From positions 300,001 through 332,000 of the forward strand of contig NZ_CP066018.1 of NCBI RefSeq assembly GCF_016127575.1: a stretch of DNA of 32,000 bases, read 5' to 3'. The DNA is from Cupriavidus necator (lineage in GTDB: Bacteria; Pseudomonadota; Gammaproteobacteria; Burkholderiales; Burkholderiaceae). The translations under genes and the position numbers were made by a program. Numbering within the stretch: position 1 is the stretch's first letter; each line of letters opens with the position of its first letter. Shown in pieces: positions 16,614-23,897 of this stretch. Under the pieces are notes generated by a model that was not told where the DNA came from, made no database searches, and saw only the letters and a list, made by a program, of their open reading frames with translations.

Positions 16614-17393
16614 ATGCCCGCACAGTTGCTTTCCCACCGCGTCGATTCGACCCTGGTGCTGACCATCTCGAACCCCGAGGCACGCAATGCGCTGCACCCG
16701 GACATCTACGCGGCCTCGCAGCAGGCGCTGGATCAGGCCGCCGCCGATGACTCGGTGCGCGCGGTCATCATCACCGGCGCCGACGGCATTTTCTGCGCCG
16801 GCGGCAACCTGAACCGGCTGCTCGGCAACCGCAGCCAGCCGCAGGAGGTGCAGGCCGCCAGCATCGCCCTGCTGAACGGCTGGGTCGAGTCGCTGCACGC
16901 CTTTCCCAAGCCGATCATCGCGGCAGTGGAAGGCGCGGCCGCGGGCGCGGGCTTTTCGGTGGTGCTGGCGTGCGATTTCGTGGTGGCGGCCAGCAATGCC
17001 AAGTTCGTGATGGCCTATGTCTCCGTGGGGCTCACGCCCGACGGCGGCGGCTCGTATGAGATCGCACGCGCGCTGCCGCGCCCGCTGGCCAGCGAGCTGA
17101 TGATGGAAGGCAAACCGGTGGACGCGGCGCGGCTGGCGCAGTTCGGGCTGGTCAACCGCGTCACCGAGCCGGGCCAGGCCCTGGACGAGGCCCTGCGCCT
17201 GGCCGCTGGCCTTGCCCGCCAGTCGCCGCACGCCGTGGGCCGCATCAAGGCCCTGATCAACCACGCAGCCACCGCATCGCGCGCCGAACACCTGCTGGCC
17301 GAGCGCGACAGCTTCGTCGCCGCGCTGCACCACCCCGACGGCGGCGAAGGCATCAGCGCCTTCCTGGAAAAGCGCAAGCCGCAGTACCTCTGA
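16614..17393 (+). CDS. Enoyl-CoA hydratase/isomerase (crotonase) family protein
   Basis: 259 aa. Crotonase motifs: VIITGADGIFCAGGNL, PIIAAVEGAAAGAGFSVVLACD, GLTPDGGGS. Members next to PaaH-type genes are sometimes annotated as alternative oxepin-CoA hydrolases. I cannot resolve the substrate from sequence. Confidence 0.85.
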   Translation: MPAQLLSHRVDSTLVLTISNPEARNALHPDIYAASQQALDQAAADDSVRAVIITGADGIFCAGGNLNRLLGNRSQPQEVQAASIALLNGWVESLHAFPKPIIAAVEGAAAGAGFSVVLACDFVVAASNAKFVMAYVSVGLTPDGGGSYEIARALPRPLASELMMEGKPVDAARLAQFGLVNRVTEPGQALDEALRLAAGLARQSPHAVGRIKALINHAATASRAEHLLAERDSFVAALHHPDGGEGISAFLEKRKPQYL

Positions 17394-17475
17394 AGCCGGG
17401 CGCCGGACGCCTGGCTTTACCCGAACGGCCAGCCCGCGACAGACGGGCATGCCGCACAATGCAAGGAGACAACGC

Positions 17476-18201
17476 ATGGAACTGCCGCCGCCCTCGCGTC
17501 GCCGCATCTACCTGATGCGGCATGGTGCCGTTTCATATTTCGACGAGGCCGGGCGCCCTGCCCTGCCCGAGATGGTGCCGCTGAACGAGACCGGTCGCAT
17601 GCAGGCGACCGCCGCCGGCCGCGCCTTTGCCGCCGAACAGATCCGCTTCGACCGCGTCATCGTCAGCGGACTGCCGCGCACGGTGGAGACCGCGGAGCGC
17701 GTGCTGGCCGAGCTGCCGGAGATGGACGGCATCGTGCCTGAAGTCTGGCCCGCGCTGCAGGAGATCCGCGGCGGCGACCTGTCCGCGATTGCCGACCAGG
17801 ACCTGCGCGACGCCTTCGTCGGCGCCTTCGAAGGCGAAGTCCCGGAAGACAAGCGCTTCCTCAACGGCGAGACCATCGGCCAGTTCCTCGACCGCGTGCT
17901 GCCCGCGCTGGAGCGCCTGCGCGCCGATCCCGACTGGGACACCGCGCTGATGGTGCTGCACGGCGGCACCAACCGCGCCATCCTGTCGCAGGCCATCACC
18001 TGCGGGCGGCGCGTGTTCTTCGGCTCGCTGCTGCAGACCGCGGGCTGCATCAATGTGCTCGACATGGGCGACGGCCCGCTCGACTGGGTGGTGCGCATGA
18101 CCAACTACTCGCCGCCCACGCCCGTGCACAGCGGCACGCGCCACACCACCATGGAAGTGCTGCTGCACCAGTATTTGCGCGGACGCCAGCCGCAGGGCTG
18201 A
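17476..18201 (+). CDS. Histidine phosphatase (phosphoglycerate mutase) superfamily protein
   Basis: The best start is ATG 17476, preceded by an AAGGAGA SD (17462-17468). It has the RHG motif (IYLMRHGAV) and the second catalytic His (LMVLHGGTNR). 241 aa. Confidence 0.85.
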   Translation: MELPPPSRRRIYLMRHGAVSYFDEAGRPALPEMVPLNETGRMQATAAGRAFAAEQIRFDRVIVSGLPRTVETAERVLAELPEMDGIVPEVWPALQEIRGGDLSAIADQDLRDAFVGAFEGEVPEDKRFLNGETIGQFLDRVLPALERLRADPDWDTALMVLHGGTNRAILSQAITCGRRVFFGSLLQTAGCINVLDMGDGPLDWVVRMTNYSPPTPVHSGTRHTTMEVLLHQYLRGRQPQG

Positions 18202-18261
18202 GCGCGCCGCGGACTTGATCGAATCCCAACCGATACCGAACAGAAAACCAACGGAGACAGC

Positions 18262-19338
18262 ATGACCAGCAACGTATCGCACTTCGAGGGCACGCGCCCG
18301 GTAGCGGACCAGCAGCGCTTCGACACCGACGCGCTGGAAGCCTGGATGCGCCAGCACGTGGAGGGCTTTGCCGGCCCGCTGACCGTGGAGCAGTTCAAGG
18401 GCGGCCAGTCCAACCCGACCTTCAAGCTGGTCACGCCGGGCCAGACCTACGTGATGCGCGCCAAGCCCGGCCCCAAGAGCAAGCTGCTGCCTTCGGCGCA
18501 CGCGATCGAGCGCGAATACCGCGTGATGGCCGCGCTGGCCGGCAGCGACGTGCCGGTGGCGCGCATGTACGCGCTGTGCGAGGACGAGTCCGTGATCGGC
18601 CGCGCCTTCTACATCATGGAGTTCGTCGCCGGCCGCGTGCTGTGGGACCAGTCGCTGCCGGGCATGAGCACCGCCGAGCGCAGCGCCATCTACGACGAGA
18701 TGAACCGCGTCATCGCCGCGCTGCACACGGTCGACTACAACGCCATCGGCCTGGGCGACTACGGCAAGCCCGGCAACTACTTCCAGCGCCAGATCGAGCG
18801 CTGGACCAAGCAGTACAAGCTGTCCGAGACCGAATCGATCCCGTCGATGGACGCGCTGATGGACTGGCTGCCGCAGCATATCCCGCAGGAAGACGCCGAC
18901 CTGACCTCGATCGTGCATGGCGACTACCGGCTCGACAACCTGATGTTCCACCCGACCGAGCCGCGCGTGCTGGCGGTGCTGGACTGGGAACTGTCCACGC
19001 TGGGCCACCCGATGGCCGACTTCAGCTATCACTGCATGAGCTGGCATATCGCCCCGGGCCAGTTCCGCGGCATTGCCGGCGTTGACTTCGCCGCGCTGGG
19101 CATCCCCGACGAAGCCAGCTACCGCCGCCTGTACGAGCAGCGCACCGGCCGCCCGATCACGGGCGACTGGAACTTCTATCTGGCCTTCAGCATGTTCCGC
19201 ATCGCCGGCATCCTGCAGGGGATCATGAAGCGCGTGGTGGACGGCACCGCGTCGTCGGCGCAGGCGCTGGACGCAGGCAAGCGCGCGCGGCCGATGGCGG
19301 AGATGGGGTGGCAGTACGCACAGAAGGCGAAGGGCTGA
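18262..19338 (+). CDS. Phosphotransferase (APH/ChoK fold), ACAD10/ACAD11 N-terminal-domain-like
   Basis: 358 aa. QFKGGQSNPTFKL near the N-terminus, an ATP-site Lys (YVMRAKP), the Brenner motif IVHGDYRLDNLMF and VLDWELSTLGHP. This pattern matches stand-alone bacterial homologues of the ACAD10/11 kinase domain and LvaA-type kinases. ACGGAGA SD upstream. Confidence 0.85.
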   Translation: MTSNVSHFEGTRPVADQQRFDTDALEAWMRQHVEGFAGPLTVEQFKGGQSNPTFKLVTPGQTYVMRAKPGPKSKLLPSAHAIEREYRVMAALAGSDVPVARMYALCEDESVIGRAFYIMEFVAGRVLWDQSLPGMSTAERSAIYDEMNRVIAALHTVDYNAIGLGDYGKPGNYFQRQIERWTKQYKLSETESIPSMDALMDWLPQHIPQEDADLTSIVHGDYRLDNLMFHPTEPRVLAVLDWELSTLGHPMADFSYHCMSWHIAPGQFRGIAGVDFAALGIPDEASYRRLYEQRTGRPITGDWNFYLAFSMFRIAGILQGIMKRVVDGTASSAQALDAGKRARPMAEMGWQYAQKAKG

Positions 19339-19364
19339 CGCGGCAACTGCTGCAGCAAAAGAAG

Positions 19365-19388
19365 ACGGGCGCCGAGGCGCCCGTTTTT
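19365..19388. terminator. Bidirectional Rho-independent terminator
   Basis: AAAAGAAG-ACGGGCGCC-GA-GGCGCCCGT-TTTTT between the convergent phosphotransferase (stop 19338) and ggt (stop 19408). Confidence 0.8.
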
Positions 19389-19407
19389 CATCTGCATCGC
19401 GCGGCGC

Positions 19408-21288
19408 TCAATCCCCCAGCGCCACCCCTTCCCGCCGCGGGTCCGCACCACCGGCCCACACCACCTTGCCGTCAGGCCCCTGCTTGCGCATGATCGCCTG
19501 CGTGCCGCTGGTCATCTCGATCTCGGCCACCTGGTGGCCGCGCTGCTGCAGTGCCTGCACCAGGCCCGGCGAGACCAGCCCCTTCTCCACCTCGGTCGGG
19601 CCGTTGCGGCTGCCGAAGTTGCCCATGCCGATGGCGGCCTGCACGTCCATGTTCCAGTCCAGCATGCCGACCAGGGTCTTGGACACATACTCGATGATCT
19701 GCGAGCCGCCCGGCGAACCGACCGTGGCGACCAGCTGGCCGCTCTCGCGGTCGAACACCAGCGTCGGCGCCATCGACGAGCGCGGGCGCTTGCCCGGCTG
19801 CACGCGGTTGGCCACCGGCTTGCCGTTCTCGCTCGGCACGAAGGAGAAATCGGTCAGCTGGTTGTTCAGCATGAAGCCGCGCACCATCAAATGGGAGCCG
19901 AAGTACGACTCGATCGTGGTGGTCATTGAAATCGCCCCGCCGCGGCCATCGACCGCAACGATCTGCGAGGTGGAGACGCGCGGCGGTGAACGGTCGGGCG
20001 CGTAGGCCATCGCCGTGCCCGGCGGCACCCCCGGCTGGGCCTTGCTCATGCTCTTGTCGCCGATCAGCTCCGCGCGCGTGGCAAGGTAGGACGGGCTGAC
20101 CAGGCCGGTCACGTTGACCGGCACGAAGTCGGCATCGGCCACGTACAGGCCACGGTCGGCGTAGGCCAGGCGGTCGGCTTCGGAGATTGCGTGGACCGCG
20201 TCGGGATTGGCCTCCATCACCGCCGGCGTGTTCACGCCCTGCGGCTTGAGCGCGGCCAGCGCGTACTTGGGATTCTTGGTCTCGAGCGCCTGCAGCGTGC
20301 CCAGGATCTGCGCGATGGCGATGCCGCCCGACGACGGCGGCGGCATGCCGCAGATCTTCCAGCGCTTGTAGTCGGTACAGACCGGCACGCGCTGCTTGGC
20401 CCGGTAGCTGCCCAGGTCAGCCAGCGACAGCGAGCCGGCATTGCTGCCGCCGTTGACCTTGGCGACGATATCGCGCGCGATCGGCCCGTTGTAGAGCACG
20501 CCGGCACCGCGCCGGGCGACATCGCGCAGGGTCTGCGCCAGCTTCGGGTTCTTCAGCACCGTGCCGGCCGGCTTGGGCTTGCCCTGTGCATCCAGGAAGT
20601 ACGCGGCCATCTCCGGCGAATTGGCCAGGAACTTGTCGGCAGCCACCTGCGTGTACAGCCGCTGCGAGATCGGGAAACCCTTCTCGGCCAGGTCGATGGC
20701 GGGCTGGAACAGCTTGGCCCACGGCAGGCGGCCGTGCTTCTGGTGTGCCATTTCCAGCGCGCGCATCACGCCGGGCGTGCCGACGGAGCGTCCCCCGATC
20801 TGGGCCTCGCTGAACTCCATGGGCTTGCCGTCGGGGCGCAGGAACAGGTTTTCGGTGGCGCCGGCAGGGGCGGTCTCGCGGCCGTCGAAGGCCTGAACGT
20901 TCTTGCCGTCCCAGTACATGATGAAGGCACCGCCGCCGATGCCGGTGGCCTGCGGCTCGACCAGCGTCAGCACGGCCTGCATCGCGATGGCGGCGTCGAT
21001 GGCCGAGCCGCCCTGGCGCAGGATGGCGCGCCCGGCCTCGCTCGCCAACGGGTTGGCCGCGGCAGCCATGTGGCGCTGCGCGTAGACGGTGGACATGCCC
21101 GGGCGATACCCGGAGGCAACTTCCGGGGCCGGCGGCATCGCGGCAGGCGGTGTCGTGGCCGACGGCGCGGCCGGTGCTGCGGGCGCGGCGGTCCCTCCGC
21201 CCTGGGTACCACAAGCACCGAGCAGCGCAGTCAGGGCAAGGGCCAGCGCGCCGCGCCACGCCATCGAAGAGAGGTCAGGGTGAGCCAT
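19408..21288 (-). CDS. ggt: Gamma-glutamyltransferase, predicted lipoprotein
   Basis: 626 aa with an AGGAGA SD upstream of ATG 21288. Lipobox LTALLGAC. GGT-family blocks: GGSAIDAAIA, EPQATGIGGGAF, and the autoprocessing/catalytic Thr context (RVSTSQIVAVDGRGGAISMTTTIESYFGS), GSPGGSQII. Confidence 0.9.
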   Translation of the reverse strand: MAHPDLSSMAWRGALALALTALLGACGTQGGGTAAPAAPAAPSATTPPAAMPPAPEVASGYRPGMSTVYAQRHMAAAANPLASEAGRAILRQGGSAIDAAIAMQAVLTLVEPQATGIGGGAFIMYWDGKNVQAFDGRETAPAGATENLFLRPDGKPMEFSEAQIGGRSVGTPGVMRALEMAHQKHGRLPWAKLFQPAIDLAEKGFPISQRLYTQVAADKFLANSPEMAAYFLDAQGKPKPAGTVLKNPKLAQTLRDVARRGAGVLYNGPIARDIVAKVNGGSNAGSLSLADLGSYRAKQRVPVCTDYKRWKICGMPPPSSGGIAIAQILGTLQALETKNPKYALAALKPQGVNTPAVMEANPDAVHAISEADRLAYADRGLYVADADFVPVNVTGLVSPSYLATRAELIGDKSMSKAQPGVPPGTAMAYAPDRSPPRVSTSQIVAVDGRGGAISMTTTIESYFGSHLMVRGFMLNNQLTDFSFVPSENGKPVANRVQPGKRPRSSMAPTLVFDRESGQLVATVGSPGGSQIIEYVSKTLVGMLDWNMDVQAAIGMGNFGSRNGPTEVEKGLVSPGLVQALQQRGHQVAEIEMTSGTQAIMRKQGPDGKVVWAGGADPRREGVALGD

Positions 21289-21493
21289 GCGATATCTCCT
21301 GGGGAAGGATCAAACGATTGTAGTGGCGATCGGAGCATCCTGGGGCAAGAAAGTCTGACTGCCGCCACATGAGGGAGCCACATGCAGGTGCAAAAAAGAT
21401 TCTCCCGGCTTAACCCCAACCCCTCGCCAGCACCGTTTCATCGACAGGCCGTCATGACCGGGGACCCGCCCCGTGGCCGCTCAGGAGAACAAT

Positions 21494-23194
21494 ATGCAAC
21501 TTCGCGCACCGGCCATCATTTCCAGTTTTGCCGCCGCTCTGGTGTTGTCGGCCTGCGGCGGGCATTCGCCGTCGCTTCCCCCGGAAGTGGCCCAGCCTGT
21601 GCCGCCGCCCGCGGCCCCGGCGCCCACGCACGACCACGCCGCCAAGGCTGGCCAGGTGGCACCCGCCATGGAAATGCACGCCATCGCCCCGCGCGCCCCG
21701 CTGGCGATGCCCTACCACCTTCCACCGCCGGTACCAGCCGAGCGCGAACGCTACGGCGCCATCGAGGAAAACGGCGTCAGGCTGGTGGCGCAGGCGCCGG
21801 TATCCACCTTCAGCATCGATGTCGATACCGGCAGCTACAGCAATATGCGCCGCATGCTCAATGCCGGACGCATGCCGCCGGCCGATGCGGTGCGCGTGGA
21901 AGAGTTGCTGAACTACTTCCCCTATGACTATGCCCAGCCCGCCGACGGCCGTCCGTTCGCCGTGCATGCCGCGCTGGCGCCCGCGCCCTGGCACCCGGCC
22001 AATGTGCTGCTGCGCATCGGCATCAAGGGCAAGGACATGGCCAGCGCCGCGCTGCCGCCCGCCAACCTGGTATTCCTGGTGGATGTGTCGGGATCGATGA
22101 ATTCGCCGGACAAGCTGCTGCTGCTGAAGTCCTCGCTCAAGCTGCTGGTGAACAAGCTGCGGCCGCAGGACCGCATCACGCTGGTCACCTATGCCAGCGG
22201 CACGCGCGTGGCGCTGCCACCCACGCCGGGCAGCGACAAGACCGCCATCAGCGCCGCCATCGACCAGCTCGTGGCCGGGGGCAGCACCGCCGGCGCCAGC
22301 GGCATCGCGCTGGCCTATCAGGCCGCGCAGCAGAGCTTTATCGCCGGCGGCATCAACCGCGTGCTGCTGGCCACCGACGGCGACTTCAATGTGGGCGTGA
22401 CCGACTTCCGGCAACTCAAGAGCATGGTGGAAGAGAAACGCAAGTCGGGCGTATCGCTGTCCACGCTCGGTTTCGGCACCGGCAACTACAACGAGCAGCT
22501 GATGGAGCAGCTGGCCGATGCCGGCGACGGCGCCTATTCGTATATCGACAACCTGATGGAAGGCAACAAGGTGCTGGTCAGCGAGATCAGCTCGACCCTG
22601 GCCACCATCGCGCGCGACGTGAAGATCCAGGTGGAATTCAATCCGGCCACGGTGAAGGAGTATCGCCTGATCGGCTATGAGAACCGCATGCTGGCGCGCG
22701 AGGACTTCAACAACGACAAGGTCGATGCCGGCGATATCGGCGCGGGCCACACCGTGACGGCGCTGTATGAGCTGACGCTGGCCGGCCAGGCCGGGCTGGT
22801 CGATCCGCTGCGCTACCAGCCGGCCGCACCCGCGCCGGGGCGCGACGGCGAGCTCGCGCACATCAAGCTGCGCTACAAGCTGCCTGCCGCCAGCACCAGC
22901 CAGTTGATGGACATCACCGTCGTGCGGCAGGCCATCCGTCCGCTGGCGCAAGGCGATGACGACTTCCGCTTTGCCGCGGCGGTGGCCGGTTTCGGTCAGG
23001 TGCTGCGCGGCGGCAAGTTCACCGGCGACTGGCGCTACGCCGATGCCCACGCGCTGGCCCAGGGCGCCCGCGGCACCGACCGCTTTGGCTATCGGGGCGA
23101 GTTCCTCAAGCTGGTGGACCTGGCACAGAGCCTGGCCACGGCCAGTCCGGCCGGCGCTACCAGCGGCGGGCCGGCCGAGCGTGCGGCACGCTGA
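21494..23194 (+). CDS. YfbK-type von Willebrand factor A domain lipoprotein
   Basis: Start ATG 21494, preceded by an AGGAGA SD (21483-21488). Lipobox ALVLSAC. N-terminal vWF-associated domain (STFSIDVDTGSYSNMRRMLNAGRMP ... VRVEELLNYFPYDY), canonical MIDAS (LVFLVDVSGSMNSPDKL), then a C-terminal DUF3520-like region (FRFAAAVAGFGQVLRG). 566 aa. Confidence 0.88.
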   Translation: MQLRAPAIISSFAAALVLSACGGHSPSLPPEVAQPVPPPAAPAPTHDHAAKAGQVAPAMEMHAIAPRAPLAMPYHLPPPVPAERERYGAIEENGVRLVAQAPVSTFSIDVDTGSYSNMRRMLNAGRMPPADAVRVEELLNYFPYDYAQPADGRPFAVHAALAPAPWHPANVLLRIGIKGKDMASAALPPANLVFLVDVSGSMNSPDKLLLLKSSLKLLVNKLRPQDRITLVTYASGTRVALPPTPGSDKTAISAAIDQLVAGGSTAGASGIALAYQAAQQSFIAGGINRVLLATDGDFNVGVTDFRQLKSMVEEKRKSGVSLSTLGFGTGNYNEQLMEQLADAGDGAYSYIDNLMEGNKVLVSEISSTLATIARDVKIQVEFNPATVKEYRLIGYENRMLAREDFNNDKVDAGDIGAGHTVTALYELTLAGQAGLVDPLRYQPAAPAPGRDGELAHIKLRYKLPAASTSQLMDITVVRQAIRPLAQGDDDFRFAAAVAGFGQVLRGGKFTGDWRYADAHALAQGARGTDRFGYRGEFLKLVDLAQSLATASPAGATSGGPAERAAR

Positions 23195-23220
23195 CACCAG
23201 CCCGGGCCGCGAGCCGGCGC

Positions 23221-23251
23221 AAGGCGGCGCGGCGGACTGTCGCGCCGCCTT
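23221..23251 (+). terminator. GC-rich hairpin between the VWA gene and the sigma factor gene (terminator/attenuator candidate)
   Basis: AAGGCGGCGCG (23221-23231), a 9-nt loop, then CGCGCCGCCTT (23241-23251). A perfect 11-bp stem with only a TT tail. Confidence 0.45.
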
Positions 23252-23273
23252 GCGCTCTCCTATACTCCGGCGC

Positions 23274-23897
23274 ATGCAGGCACCCGACCCCGTCCCTTCC
23301 GCCGCGCCCGGCGCCGCGTTGTCCGCGCTGCCCGACCATGACCTGATGCTGCTGGTGGCGGGCGGCATCATCGAGCAGCCCGTCACCGAGCTGTTCCGCC
23401 GCCATAACGCCGGCCTCTACAACTACGTGGCCTGGCTGTGCCAGGGCAACCGCGGCGAAGCGGAAGACATCGCGCAGAAGACCTGGGTCAAGCTGATGAC
23501 CCGCTGCGGCGACTACCAGCCGGACGCGGCGTTCCGCACCTTCCTGTTCCAGATTGCGCGCAATTCCTGGCTCGACCAGGTGCGCAGCGCCGATGCGCGC
23601 CAGCGCGAAGCGCTGGACGACCAGCCAGCGGAGATGCCGGCCGACGACCTGTCGCCGGAAGCGGAGCTGCAGTTGCGCCAGCACGCGCACCACGTGCAGC
23701 GCGCGCTGCTGCAGCTGCCCGTCGCCCAGCGCGAGGTGGTGGTGCTGCGCTTCTTCAGCGACATGAGCGTCGAAGAGATTGCGCAGATGCTCGGCGAGAA
23801 GTTCGAGACGGTGAAGAGCCGGCTGCGCTATGCGTTTGCGCGCCTGCGCGCAAACCTGGCCGGCAGCGTGCCGGGCTCGCAGGAGACGCCGTCGTGA
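23274..23897 (+). CDS. ECF (group 4) RNA polymerase sigma factor
   Basis: The credible start is ATG 23274 (MQAPDPVP...); the track ORF from 22956 overlaps the VWA gene. Region 2 (ELFRRHNAGLYNYVAWL ... AEDIAQKTWVKL ... FRTFLFQIARNSWLDQVR) and region 4 (LPVAQREVVVLRFFSDMSVEEIAQMLGEKFETVKSRLRYAFARLR). 207 aa. Confidence 0.9.
   Translation: MQAPDPVPSAAPGAALSALPDHDLMLLVAGGIIEQPVTELFRRHNAGLYNYVAWLCQGNRGEAEDIAQKTWVKLMTRCGDYQPDAAFRTFLFQIARNSWLDQVRSADARQREALDDQPAEMPADDLSPEAELQLRQHAHHVQRALLQLPVAQREVVVLRFFSDMSVEEIAQMLGEKFETVKSRLRYAFARLRANLAGSVPGSQETPS

Noticed and set aside
15453-19047. 684-aa and 504-aa minus-strand ORFs (15453..17507, 17533..19047)
   Set aside because: They are antisense to four plus-strand genes with strong catalytic motifs. 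No SD, no recognisable domains, and an Arg/Ala/Gly-dominated composition.
21452-23386. 644-aa minus-strand ORF
   Set aside because: It is antisense to the YfbK-type VWA gene, whose MIDAS and lipobox are unambiguous. It is an artefact.
22956-23893. Upstream extensions of the sigma ORF (from 22956) and of the anti-sigma ORF (from 23438)
   Set aside because: The extensions overlap the VWA gene and the sigma gene respectively in alternative frames. The shorter starts (ATG 23274; GTG 23894 with SD and GTGA coupling) fit family lengths.
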